A stretch of 64,000 bases of DNA from a virus. How positions within the stretch are numbered: the stretch's first letter is position 1; every line of letters begins with the position of its first letter. Below the pieces are notes generated by a model. That model did not search any database. It saw only the letters and a program-made list of their open reading frames with translations, and was not told where the DNA came from. Made by a program: the position numbers and the translations under genes. The stretch lies in the IMG/VR virus record IMGVR_UViG_3300019458_000001. One strand, written 5' to 3'. Of the stretch, positions 35,001 to 42,855 are shown piece after piece.

Positions 35001-38000
35001 CCGCCCTTTGAGGCGTCGAGCTTCTTCCCGAAAGCGTCGACGTGCGTCCGCTCCTCGACGATGTCGTCGTACTCCCGCTGGGAGAGGTCGAGCACGCCCC
35101 TGATCGCCGGCTCGAAGATCGGGTTCGGGACCTCGTACGGGAGGTCGATGTGCGTCCACTTCCGGCCGAGGAGTCCGCCCGTGAGCTTCTCGTCGAAGAG
35201 GCCGCCGTCCTCCGGCTTGAGATTCTTCCCAAGAAGCATCCTGGAGTTCGAGACCGCGCCTGCGCTCATCGCCTCTGTCTGGTCGTCCGTGAGGGGCTTG
35301 AGCTGGAACTGCGTCCCGCGTCGCTCGACGTTGATGCCGGCGCCCTTGAGGAGCGTCACGAACTTGTCGAAAGCGAACGTCGGCTGCGGCGGAGGGAGCG
35401 GCTCGTTCATCTGCAGGGCACGCCAGAACTCGTCGCTTTTCCCCGCCTTCACGGTCGCCATATCACGGATGTTGTGGAGCGCCCCGTGGGAAAGAAGCGC
35501 CGAGATCTCCATGTGCCCGATCGTCTGGGCGCCCTCGCCGGACTTCGCAGGCCGGAGATCCGCCGTGTAGGAGCCGCTCGGATCCCGTGCGTTGAACTTC
35601 TCCTTCGCGGCGTGCTCGAGCTTCATGATGAACTGGCGGCCCGTCGTGACCTTCCCGAGAGACCGTCCGCTCACGGGGTCGACCAATTCCTCGGCATCCT
35701 CGAGACCGTGCTTCTTCAGGTCCTGCTCGATCCTGTCCCTGAGGTCACCGGGCTCGAAGTTGTCCACGACGTAGGGCTTGCCCGTCTTCTTCGCGATCTT
35801 CCCGGCGAGCGCCTCGTAGATCTGAGACGGGTTCATGCGCGTGGGCAGTCCAAGGGGGTTGAGGAGGATCTCGACGGACTCCCCGTCCTTGGTGTGCGGC
35901 ATCTCGTGGTCTGGAATGATTCTCGTCACCAGACCCTTCGCGGCATATCGGCTGACCACCTTGTCCCCGACCTGAAGCGGCTCGGAGGTCTTCAGGAAGA
36001 TCTTCGCGCTCCCGTCCGGGAACTTCTGGACGTGCGTCACCTCTCCGTCGAACGGCTCCTCCCACACGAGCGCGGCGTCGGAGTATGGCCGGACGAGATT
36101 CCTGGAGATTTTCCCGAGGACGACATCCTCCGGCGTGATGTTCTTCTTGGAGAGATGCACCGATACGGGGTCGCCCGTCTTCAGCCTCTGCCCGCGCTGA
36201 ACGACGCCGTCCTCGTCGAGTTTTCCGAGCTGCGCCGCAGTAAAGCGGTTCGGAAGATACGCCGCGTACTTCTCCCGGCCAGCCAGCCCGTCCTTCGACG
36301 GACGATGGTCGATTTTGTACATGTGCTCGGAGGTCAGCTTCTTCGCCGCGCCCTCCGAGAGCACGATCCCGTCCTCGTAGTTCCATCCGCGCGCGGGGAG
36401 CCACGCAACTTTCAGGTTCTTTCCGATGGAGAGGACTCCGTCACGCGTGAAGTTCGAGTCGGCCAGGAGGTCGCCCTTCTTCACCCTGTCGCCCGCGGTC
36501 ACTTTCGGGACGCTGGTGACGAAGCTGCGGGCGTTGAGCGGAAAGTCCTTGTAGATCTGGACCGTGTGGACCTTGCCGTCATCCCCGCGGATCTCGACCG
36601 TCCTTTCCTTCACGCCCTCGACGATGCCGTCCACGGGCGACGTCACACCGGCCAGGTGCCCGAGGAGCTTCTCGAACGTCTTCTCCGGCAGCTTCTCGGG
36701 GGTGGCCGCGGACTGCACCAGCGGGGCCTCGGGCTCCCTGACGGCGACGGCCTGATCGTACATCTTCGCCGCCATGAGCCCGCGCCCGCCGTGCATGGCG
36801 TTGATGAACGGCACCAGGTTCGTCGAGAAGTCGAAGAGGTCACTCGCGCGTTCTACGACAAGATCGACCTCGGAAGGCCCGACGGTGCGGACCTTCCCGC
36901 GGTGCATGATGCGGATTGAGGCGTCCACGGGCACGAGCCTCCCCGAGGCGTCCTTGTGGTATTCGTTCGGGAACGCCACGCGCTTGTCGTAGATCTCGGG
37001 ATGAGCAAGCTCGATGCGCGTCTGGGCCTTCGGGTCGAAGAAGGGGACGAGGATCACCCCTTCCCCATTTTTTGCCCCAACGGAGACGTGCATGACCGCG
37101 CCGATGTCTCCGCCCTCCGGGGTGTGCATCGGGTCGATCGCCCCGAACATCGACGGATCAACGTCGCGATCCTCCTTCGTGACGGCGCGCTTGTTCCCGA
37201 TCGACCCCTCGCCGAAGACCGTGGTCTTCGTGAATCCCGTCACGAAGCTGATCGGATTCGACTGCGTTGGGTAGTTCGAGAGGGCCGACCGGTTGAAGAA
37301 GCTCGTCACGATGTCGGAGAGCTTGTCGGGCTGGACGATTTCCCGGACAGTCGACTTGTCGCGCATCCGCGCCTTGATCCGGTTCTGGATCGCGCGGGAG
37401 CTCTTCTCGATCCTTTCCGTCAGGATCTCGTCGAAGGTCCGGAACTCCTTGAAGCGGGAACTGTCGATGTCGGGCTCCTCGTCGCCGGACAGGACGCGTC
37501 CCATGTTCCTGAGCGCATCGACCACGAGACCCTTGTCGAAGGTCTTGTACTCCTTGCCGTACTTCTGCCGGACGACGTCGGAGGCCATAGGAAGCGCGCC
37601 GAGTATCTCGCGGACGCGCGCCGAATTCTCTCCAAGGTTCTGCGGGTTGGCCTTCTCGGAAGTCACGATCGTCCGGAGCTTCGCCGTATCGCGCTTCAGA
37701 TCGGCGTCGGCCTTGATCCGGTCGAGGCCGTCAAGGCCGATCGCGTCGACGATTTCGTCGTCCGAGACGTCCATCGCCTTCAGGTACGAGTAGAGCGGGA
37801 TGGTCTTGCCATCGAGCGAGACCGTCCAGCGGCGCTCCGCAGGCGCATAGTCGATGGAATGGTTCCACTTCGAGAACCCGATCGGCAGCTTGAAGTGGGC
37901 TGAGGTCTCCTCTGGGCGGCTCTTCACGTAGACGCCAGGCTTCAGGCGAAGCTGGTTGGCGACCTGGAATTCCTCGCCGCCGACGATGAACGAGAGCCTG

Positions 38001-38281
38001 GGCGTCAATTTCGGGATCTCCATGACGCGGAGCTTCTTCGCCCGGTCGATCTCCTTGCCTTGGGCGTCGATCAGGGAGATGTCCGCGTACACAGGAACAG
38101 CCCAGCTCCGCCCGTTGAGCTTGGCGTCGAGCTGGCTTCCGAGATCGTTCGGATCAAGCGCGTCTTCCGTCCAGACGCGGTTGACGTTCAGGACCTTCGG
38201 CCCAGAGACCGTGAGCGCGGAGGAGACCGTGCCGGACAGCCTCTCCTTCAGTTTTTCGTAGAGCTCGCCATGGTCGATCAT
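32078..38281 (-). CDS. single-polypeptide multisubunit-type RNA polymerase (RpoB-like N-terminal half fused to RpoC-like C-terminal half)
   Basis: Beta motifs: DVDPSMFGAIDPMHTPEGGDIG, NAMHGGRGLMAAKMYDQAV, GWNYEDGIVLSE, GDKVVSRYAAKGLV..LNPLGLPTRMNPSQ, IMKLEHAAKEKFNAR..GHMEISAL. Beta-prime motifs: IPVLPPIYRP, SDVNYLYRDL, LSGRAAIV, ILNRAPTLHKHGI, GADFDGD (34163-34180). One uninterrupted 2067-aa ORF. Confidence 0.9.
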   Translation of the reverse strand: MIDHGELYEKLKERLSGTVSSALTVSGPKVLNVNRVWTEDALDPNDLGSQLDAKLNGRSWAVPVYADISLIDAQGKEIDRAKKLRVMEIPKLTPRLSFIVGGEEFQVANQLRLKPGVYVKSRPEETSAHFKLPIGFSKWNHSIDYAPAERRWTVSLDGKTIPLYSYLKAMDVSDDEIVDAIGLDGLDRIKADADLKRDTAKLRTIVTSEKANPQNLGENSARVREILGALPMASDVVRQKYGKEYKTFDKGLVVDALRNMGRVLSGDEEPDIDSSRFKEFRTFDEILTERIEKSSRAIQNRIKARMRDKSTVREIVQPDKLSDIVTSFFNRSALSNYPTQSNPISFVTGFTKTTVFGEGSIGNKRAVTKEDRDVDPSMFGAIDPMHTPEGGDIGAVMHVSVGAKNGEGVILVPFFDPKAQTRIELAHPEIYDKRVAFPNEYHKDASGRLVPVDASIRIMHRGKVRTVGPSEVDLVVERASDLFDFSTNLVPFINAMHGGRGLMAAKMYDQAVAVREPEAPLVQSAATPEKLPEKTFEKLLGHLAGVTSPVDGIVEGVKERTVEIRGDDGKVHTVQIYKDFPLNARSFVTSVPKVTAGDRVKKGDLLADSNFTRDGVLSIGKNLKVAWLPARGWNYEDGIVLSEGAAKKLTSEHMYKIDHRPSKDGLAGREKYAAYLPNRFTAAQLGKLDEDGVVQRGQRLKTGDPVSVHLSKKNITPEDVVLGKISRNLVRPYSDAALVWEEPFDGEVTHVQKFPDGSAKIFLKTSEPLQVGDKVVSRYAAKGLVTRIIPDHEMPHTKDGESVEILLNPLGLPTRMNPSQIYEALAGKIAKKTGKPYVVDNFEPGDLRDRIEQDLKKHGLEDAEELVDPVSGRSLGKVTTGRQFIMKLEHAAKEKFNARDPSGSYTADLRPAKSGEGAQTIGHMEISALLSHGALHNIRDMATVKAGKSDEFWRALQMNEPLPPPQPTFAFDKFVTLLKGAGINVERRGTQFQLKPLTDDQTEAMSAGAVSNSRMLLGKNLKPEDGGLFDEKLTGGLLGRKWTHIDLPYEVPNPIFEPAIRGVLDLSQREYDDIVEERTHVDAFGKKLDASKGGMTGPAAVRRMLESVDVPRAIRLLKDQAKRSKGSDLNAINRALRFLINMKDNAIRPEDLFVSKIPVLPPIYRPVYPLPDGTLNVSDVNYLYRDLVALKNQIKDLSGQIPDESLREQRADLYQAVKAVAGVGDPISSEHYRGIVDVVTGEHPKGSYFQSRVLRKQQELSGRAAIVGNPTLGMDEVGIPEDMAWIVFKPFIVQKLAEQGVPPLEAEELIKMRSENARGALARAMSERPVILNRAPTLHKHGIIGLKPKLFPGKSIHLNQLVTVGLGADFDGDTVGVHVPVTPEAVRESFEMMPSANPMSTSEKILVTPRHESQVGLFRLTSVGRKTGKAYPSDLEALEDFYDGKITETDLIRIAGAETTVGRLLVNRALPEKLRRPDLILDKGAMTKILESVARENPRVLAPVADALKDIGNEYAYLSGLSVRLDDLKLPKGEVSAVMKKYDAQAAEAVKSISDKKRLDQKIVEIYSKAYDELKSLSENTMRERGSSLGQMIASGGRGDIAQATQMIAAPVLVEDIRGRIHTHPVRTGYAQGMTPADYWVSVLGSRRGSVETKISTAEPGALTKSMVQTSIENRIVPGATPDDERGLEFSVDDRESVGRYVMRDYGAIAKRGDLFDAQMRERFRAAGKKSVELGSPLTSSHPYGTYSLSYGLDERGRVPKPGAFIGITAAQAIGEPMTQLILGSKHVQGITGRGAGQMTGFEKLKTLLEMPHDMKQKALVAPEHGVVESVGKAPGGYDVRVSGKAYFTPFEPTVKPGKVVNPGDPMSEGLVDPRDLLDTKGVDFTRRYMVDQIYDIFRGAVRKKHIETVVRSATDTALVTDSGARTDLVEGDVVPLNVVRMENRRQAAPVPLELARNAMLMEEIDELGGVEKILTDDDISRLRAMGRANVIANPNPVRFRPVLKGVDVVPMGRKDWMAALSFRRLRDTLQKAVAEGWKSDVKGWNPIPGIAYGATIAEPVAAPAAS

Positions 38282-41004
38282 CGCACTGAGCTTGGGGTGG
38301 GGGCCTTGCCTGCGTTCCGGTTAGGCGGCTTCTGCTGCGGATTCGGCCTCGAATCGACGCCCTGCTGCTCCATCCACTTCGACATCACGATCGAGTGGAG
38401 CTGCGGGTTCTCGAGCTGAAGCCTCATGAGCGCCGAGTCCCGATCCGCGGGCTGCATCTGGGAAAGCGTCGCCATGAACTGGCCGGCCCATGCGTCCGGG
38501 TTTGACATCTGCTTGCCGTCGGTGCCGGGCTTGTTCGGCTCGTTCTTGAGCACCCCTCCGGGCGTCGACTGGCCTCCGCCGGGCTTCTGCTGGGCGAGCG
38601 AGTTCATCAGGGCCTGGGCCTCCGCGGGCGTGAAACCCATCGCGGTGTACTCGGTCATGATGTCGCGCTGCATCTTGGCCATCTCGACCTGGGCCTTGGC
38701 CTGGTACTTCGCCTGGATCATCATCGCCTCTCCCTCGGCCTCCGCCTGGGCCTTCATCTGGGCGACAGTGATCTTCGCGCGCTTGTCGACCTCGCCCTGG
38801 ATCTGCTCGAACTCCTTGGCCATCGAGTGGCCGAGCTCGCTGACGAACGTCTCGTCGGAGACCTTTCCGTTCATGTTCGCCTGCATGAGCAGGCTCTTCT
38901 GCTGGACATCGTCGACCCATTTGAGGCGGGTCATCGAAACGTCAACGGGCTTGAGCTTCGTGGCCTTCGAGACCTTGTCGATCACGAACCGCAGAAGCTG
39001 CTTGAGCCCGCGGATGTGGTTCAGGAAGAAGTTCTCGACCATCCGGAACGTGACGGAGGACCCGCTCCAGGACATCCCGCCCATGAGGAATTCGCGCGGG
39101 ACCTGGAGGCCGATGATCATCGTCTCCTGGAGGAACCGGATCTCGTCCATCATCGTCAGGGCGCGCGCGTCGCCGCCGATCTGCTGGAACCCTGTCGGGA
39201 TCGGGAAGACGGCGATGTGGTTCGGGTCCCGGCGCCACCGGCGGACCGCGTTCTCGATCTCCTGGCGCCACTTGGCGAGGTTCAGATGGCTTGCCGGGTC
39301 GAGATTCGCCTGCGGGAGCGGGTAGAGCATCCACATCGGGACGATGTGCTGTTGAGCGATGACCTCGCGGCTCTTGAGGAAGATCTGGTAGATGTAACGG
39401 CTCTTGAGCAGCGGGACGATGAGCGGGATCCCCCATCCGTTGTCGAAATAGCTCATCGACGGCCGCTTGATGTGGATGATGTTCGTCGGCTCGAGCTCGA
39501 CGCGGGCGCCCTCCTTCGCGGCCATGATGAAGCTCATCGGCGTCTCTTCGAGGACGCGCCGGCGCCCCGCCCAGATCTGGCGTTTGAGCTGGTTTGGAAG
39601 GTTGTAGTAGTAGGTCGAGTTCCCAGAAATCGGATTGTGTTCGATGTCGATCTGCGCCGGGTCCCATCGGATGATGTTCATGCCCGCGGTGGTCTTCGTC
39701 ATCGGCTTGTCGACGACGACCATCGGGAGGGGCTCGTCCGGAGCGCACGTCGCGCACTTCATGTAGAACTTGAAATCCTTGGGGTTGAACTGGAACTTCG
39801 AGCTCTTGATGGGCTTCTGCTTACGACAGTGCGGACAGACAAGCATCCGGATGAACGGAACGTAGAAGCTGCCTATGTAGTTCCCGTAGCAGTTTCCGGT
39901 AAGGACGCCGTTTTCGATGACGAACGTGTGCGTCTGTTCCTCGACGCAACAGAAGGCTTCGTCAACGATGCCCGTCTCGCGGACATCGACAACGCGAACC
40001 TTCTGCCCGTAGTTCGTCTCCTTGAAGTGCTCCTCGAACCGCTCGCGGTGATGATCGAGGAGGAAGTCTTCAGGCCTTAGATATTGCCTATAGAGCGACA
40101 GGAAGCACTGAGAAGACCCCGACACGTAAGACGAACGTCCGGAGGGATGCTCGCGAACAACACCAGCGATCATGCCGATGCGTGGAAGCTGGACTTCGAT
40201 CGCCCTGAGCGTCGCTTCGGATTTTTGGGTCAGGACGGCATATCCGGCAACGTCAACGCTTCCGTCGGCAGCCAGGAATCCGCAGACGAACCCGTACCAG
40301 TAGCTCGCGCTGCGTTCGTTTTCCGGCAGATTCTTGTAATGCGGCGGCAGGCCGTGCTGGTAGATGACGCCAAGCCTGGCTTCGTACGGCTTCGACCCGA
40401 CGCCCTCGAAGTATTTCAGCATCCCCTTGTCTTTGGCGCCGCAGAAGATCGCCCTGGCCTGCTTGCCATCGTTATATAGCGTGCCATCACCGAACACGAA
40501 GCCGTGGCGAACGCCTTCGTAGAACTCGTCGTTCTGTTCTGGGCGCGCAGCGACGCTCCTGAGAAGCGTGAGGCCAGCGATGTCTTCCGTCGGCCTCTTG
40601 ACGACATTCCCGCTCGACGTGATGATCGGCCATATATGATCCTTGGTGGCGAGAATGGTTCGGCCGTCGCTCAGCTCCACCTCCATGAACTCCTGGCGAC
40701 CATAACACTTGAACGTGGCCGGGCGGTAGACGCCATCCTGGGAGAGAACTTCGACGGTCTTCCCGGACAGGTCCCGAAGCCTGAAGACACCGTTCTTGGT
40801 AACCGCCCGCACATCGCCATGCAGGCAGTTGTAGTCTAGGCCGGCCTCCTCGAGCTTCGTCCGGATCGCCAGATCCTCCTCGAGGACCTTCTTCCAGCGA
40901 GACTTCAGGTCGTCGTCCTTGTCCTCGTAAACAAGGTCTGTGATGGGAAACTGGGCCAGCTTGTAAAGCGTCGCGGAGATGATCTCGTCCGAGAACGCGT
41001 ACAT
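38278..41004 (-). CDS. portal-like protein interrupted by an intein
   Basis: 908-aa ORF, or 596 aa after intein removal. Gln/Ala/Lys/Glu-rich C-terminal helix typical of portal barrels. Located in the structural block. ATGA-coupled to the RNAP gene. The portal assignment is by resemblance only. Confidence 0.55.
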   Translation of the reverse strand: MYAFSDEIISATLYKLAQFPITDLVYEDKDDDLKSRWKKVLEEDLAIRTKLEEAGLDYNCLHGDVRAVTKNGVFRLRDLSGKTVEVLSQDGVYRPATFKCYGRQEFMEVELSDGRTILATKDHIWPIITSSGNVVKRPTEDIAGLTLLRSVAARPEQNDEFYEGVRHGFVFGDGTLYNDGKQARAIFCGAKDKGMLKYFEGVGSKPYEARLGVIYQHGLPPHYKNLPENERSASYWYGFVCGFLAADGSVDVAGYAVLTQKSEATLRAIEVQLPRIGMIAGVVREHPSGRSSYVSGSSQCFLSLYRQYLRPEDFLLDHHRERFEEHFKETNYGQKVRVVDVRETGIVDEAFCCVEEQTHTFVIENGVLTGNCYGNYIGSFYVPFIRMLVCPHCRKQKPIKSSKFQFNPKDFKFYMKCATCAPDEPLPMVVVDKPMTKTTAGMNIIRWDPAQIDIEHNPISGNSTYYYNLPNQLKRQIWAGRRRVLEETPMSFIMAAKEGARVELEPTNIIHIKRPSMSYFDNGWGIPLIVPLLKSRYIYQIFLKSREVIAQQHIVPMWMLYPLPQANLDPASHLNLAKWRQEIENAVRRWRRDPNHIAVFPIPTGFQQIGGDARALTMMDEIRFLQETMIIGLQVPREFLMGGMSWSGSSVTFRMVENFFLNHIRGLKQLLRFVIDKVSKATKLKPVDVSMTRLKWVDDVQQKSLLMQANMNGKVSDETFVSELGHSMAKEFEQIQGEVDKRAKITVAQMKAQAEAEGEAMMIQAKYQAKAQVEMAKMQRDIMTEYTAMGFTPAEAQALMNSLAQQKPGGGQSTPGGVLKNEPNKPGTDGKQMSNPDAWAGQFMATLSQMQPADRDSALMRLQLENPQLHSIVMSKWMEQQGVDSRPNPQQKPPNRNAGKAPTPSSVR
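39892..40827 (-). mobile_element. intein with LAGLIDADG homing-endonuclease domain (312 aa) in the portal-like gene
   Basis: Block A CLHGDVRAV (Cys at residue 60). Block B TKDH. LAGLIDADG motifs GFVFGDGT and GFLAADGSV. C-terminal ..THTFVIENGVLTGN followed by the +1 Cys (residue 372). Confidence 0.8.
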
Positions 41005-41084
41005 CTGGCAGTACTTGAAGAGATCCTTGATCCTCGGCGGGAGGAAGAGAGATGCCAGATCGAAGAACGGTTATCTCTTGCCGC

Positions 41085-41114
41085 GCAGCCCTCTCTCGTT
41101 AAAGAGAGGGCTGC
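41085..41114. other. perfect 12-bp stem / 6-nt loop hairpin between the HNH gene and the portal-like gene
   Basis: GCAGCCCTCTCT-CGTTAA-AGAGAGGGCTGC. No U-tract on either strand. Confidence 0.5.
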
Positions 41115-41247
41115 GTACTCGGCGATGGATAGCGCAGCCCGACCTTGAAGCCGGTATCAGCGGCTCGCGGATCAGCAAGTGAGTCAGCCACAGGCTAATC
41201 CTCGCGGTCGAGCTGGCTGTCCATCGCTTGGCTTGACCTCGTCTTCT

Positions 41248-42078
41248 TCATGCGATGTACACCCGCCCGTTGACGATCCGCCAGATCGTGGATTGCGTTA
41301 CGCCGTACTTCCTCGCGAGCTCATTCTGACTGGCGTTCCCAGATGAGTAGCGACGTCGGATGCCGGCGACTTGCCTGAGTGTGAACTTCGCTTTAGGGTT
41401 CTCCTCGCCGCGCAAGCTGCGGCCAGTAAACTGGATAAAAGTCGAACGGCCTTTCGCGATCATATCATTCGTATTGTCGCGCATCGTCCCGAGTTTCAGG
41501 TGACTCGGACGCACACACGCCGGAGCGTCGCACATGTGCAGAATGCACATCCCGTTCGGAATCTCGCCGGATGTAAGCGCGAACGCGACGCGGTGGGCGA
41601 GCAGCAACTTTCTCTTCGGCATACGCACCGTGAACTGCCCGTAGCCAACGTTGTTCTTAGCTCCGGACCAAAGCCAACAACCGTCGCCCTTAACAACCTT
41701 CGCCCAAAACCTATAGCTCCAGTCTGCTGACGCCGCAATCCGGTGTCCAGATGTGCGCCATGTTGTTTTTGCTGGCGGCGATTTCTTCTGGTCAGACCAC
41801 CAGTGCTTGAGATTGTCTGACTGCGTTCCTAGGAAAAGATGTTCTCGCCGAACGCATGATTTGTTGCCGCAGCGATGGAGAACATTCAGGTTCGGCGGAA
41901 TGCTTCCACGGAATAGCATCCAGGAGGCTCTATGCGCGCCGATCAATCGTCCCTTCATGGAGAAGGAGCCGTATCCGCCGCCTTGCTTGGCTCCAATCCA
42001 CAGCCAGCATCCGTCGGTCTTCTGGACGTGTGACCAGAATCGCTTGATGTGTTTGTCGTCAGCAAGCGAGTCGGCCAT
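41248..42078 (-). CDS. free-standing HNH homing endonuclease with two tandem HNH_3-type modules and a C-terminal HTH
   Basis: Two copies of CWLW.GA...GYG....AHR....G.IP....H.C....C..P.HL..GT...N. C-terminus LRQVAGIRRRY..NELARKYGVTQSTIWRIVNGR. ATG 42078 after GAGGGGAA. Confidence 0.8.
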   Translation of the reverse strand: MADSLADDKHIKRFWSHVQKTDGCWLWIGAKQGGGYGSFSMKGRLIGAHRASWMLFRGSIPPNLNVLHRCGNKSCVRREHLFLGTQSDNLKHWWSDQKKSPPAKTTWRTSGHRIAASADWSYRFWAKVVKGDGCWLWSGAKNNVGYGQFTVRMPKRKLLLAHRVAFALTSGEIPNGMCILHMCDAPACVRPSHLKLGTMRDNTNDMIAKGRSTFIQFTGRSLRGEENPKAKFTLRQVAGIRRRYSSGNASQNELARKYGVTQSTIWRIVNGRVYIA

Positions 42079-42160
42079 CGTTCCCCTCAACCGGATAGAG
42101 TTCGACCGTGGACGCTACGAGGGTGGTTTCCGCCCTCTCCGACGGTCCGACCTGTCTTAC

Positions 42161-42670
42161 TTACTGCTTCGAGCTCCTGTTGAGCAGGAGCCACCGGCCC
42201 TTCCCGAGGTTACTGCCAGTAACGATAGTATATCGCTCCCCCGCTTCGGTTGAGAAGTCTATTTTGCCCTCGGTCGCCTGCAGGATTTTTACCTTCCTGC
42301 GGTCTGCGATGTCGACATCCCCGGCCCCGTATCCCTGTTCAATCTTTCCGGACCAGTCCATGTATGGGATGCTGTGGGTGCTCTGGATGACCGCGAGCCG
42401 CTTCTCGCCCGGCATGGGCCAGTTCCTGAGCGCCCAGGAATGCGCGTGGCCGGTATGCGGGTCCCCGATCCTCAGATCGAAGTGACGGCCCGCTTTCTTC
42501 GCCCTGTGGTCGTGGACGGCGAACTCCCAATCCTCAGGACGCGCGATCCTGCGAATGGGGTGAATGAGCCCCTTCTTCGGGATGCCGATGATCTCCTCGC
42601 CCTTCGGCGCGTAGGACGCCCCGGAAACGGGGTGCTCCTCGCAGAGCTTGAGGAGATCGTCCAGACCCAC
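42161..42670 (-). CDS. LigD 3-prime-phosphoesterase (PE) domain-like protein
   Basis: FAVHDHRAKKAGRHFDLRI..HSWALRNWPMPGEKRLAVIQSTHSIPYMDWSGKIEQGYGAGDVDI matches the LigD_N/PE signature (H.H.A...H.DLRLE..SWAVPKG..RLA..V.DHP..Y..FEG.I..G.YGAG.V). Confidence 0.75.
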   Translation of the reverse strand: MGLDDLLKLCEEHPVSGASYAPKGEEIIGIPKKGLIHPIRRIARPEDWEFAVHDHRAKKAGRHFDLRIGDPHTGHAHSWALRNWPMPGEKRLAVIQSTHSIPYMDWSGKIEQGYGAGDVDIADRRKVKILQATEGKIDFSTEAGERYTIVTGSNLGKGRWLLLNRSSKQ

Positions 42671-42678
42671 GGGCCCTC

Positions 42679-42855
42679 CTATCGCACTGGGCCCGCCGGC
42701 TGCCTGAGGCTCACCGTTCCCTTGAGGGGGACCGCGTGTCGGATCCCGCGGACGACCTTCGCAGCCTCCGAAGCCGGGCTCAGCGCCTTCTTGAGAAGCG
42801 GACTCGACGCCGACTTCCCCAGCTCGAAGATGAGGCCCTGGAAGAACTTACGCAC
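42679..42855 (-). CDS. small hypothetical ORF (58 aa), absent from the track
   Basis: GTG 42855 lies 6 nt after GGAGG. VRKFFQGLIFELGKSASSPLLKKALSPASEAAKVV.. fills an otherwise 177-nt gap. Confidence 0.3.
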   Translation of the reverse strand: MRKFFQGLIFELGKSASSPLLKKALSPASEAAKVVRGIRHAVPLKGTVSLRQPAGPVR

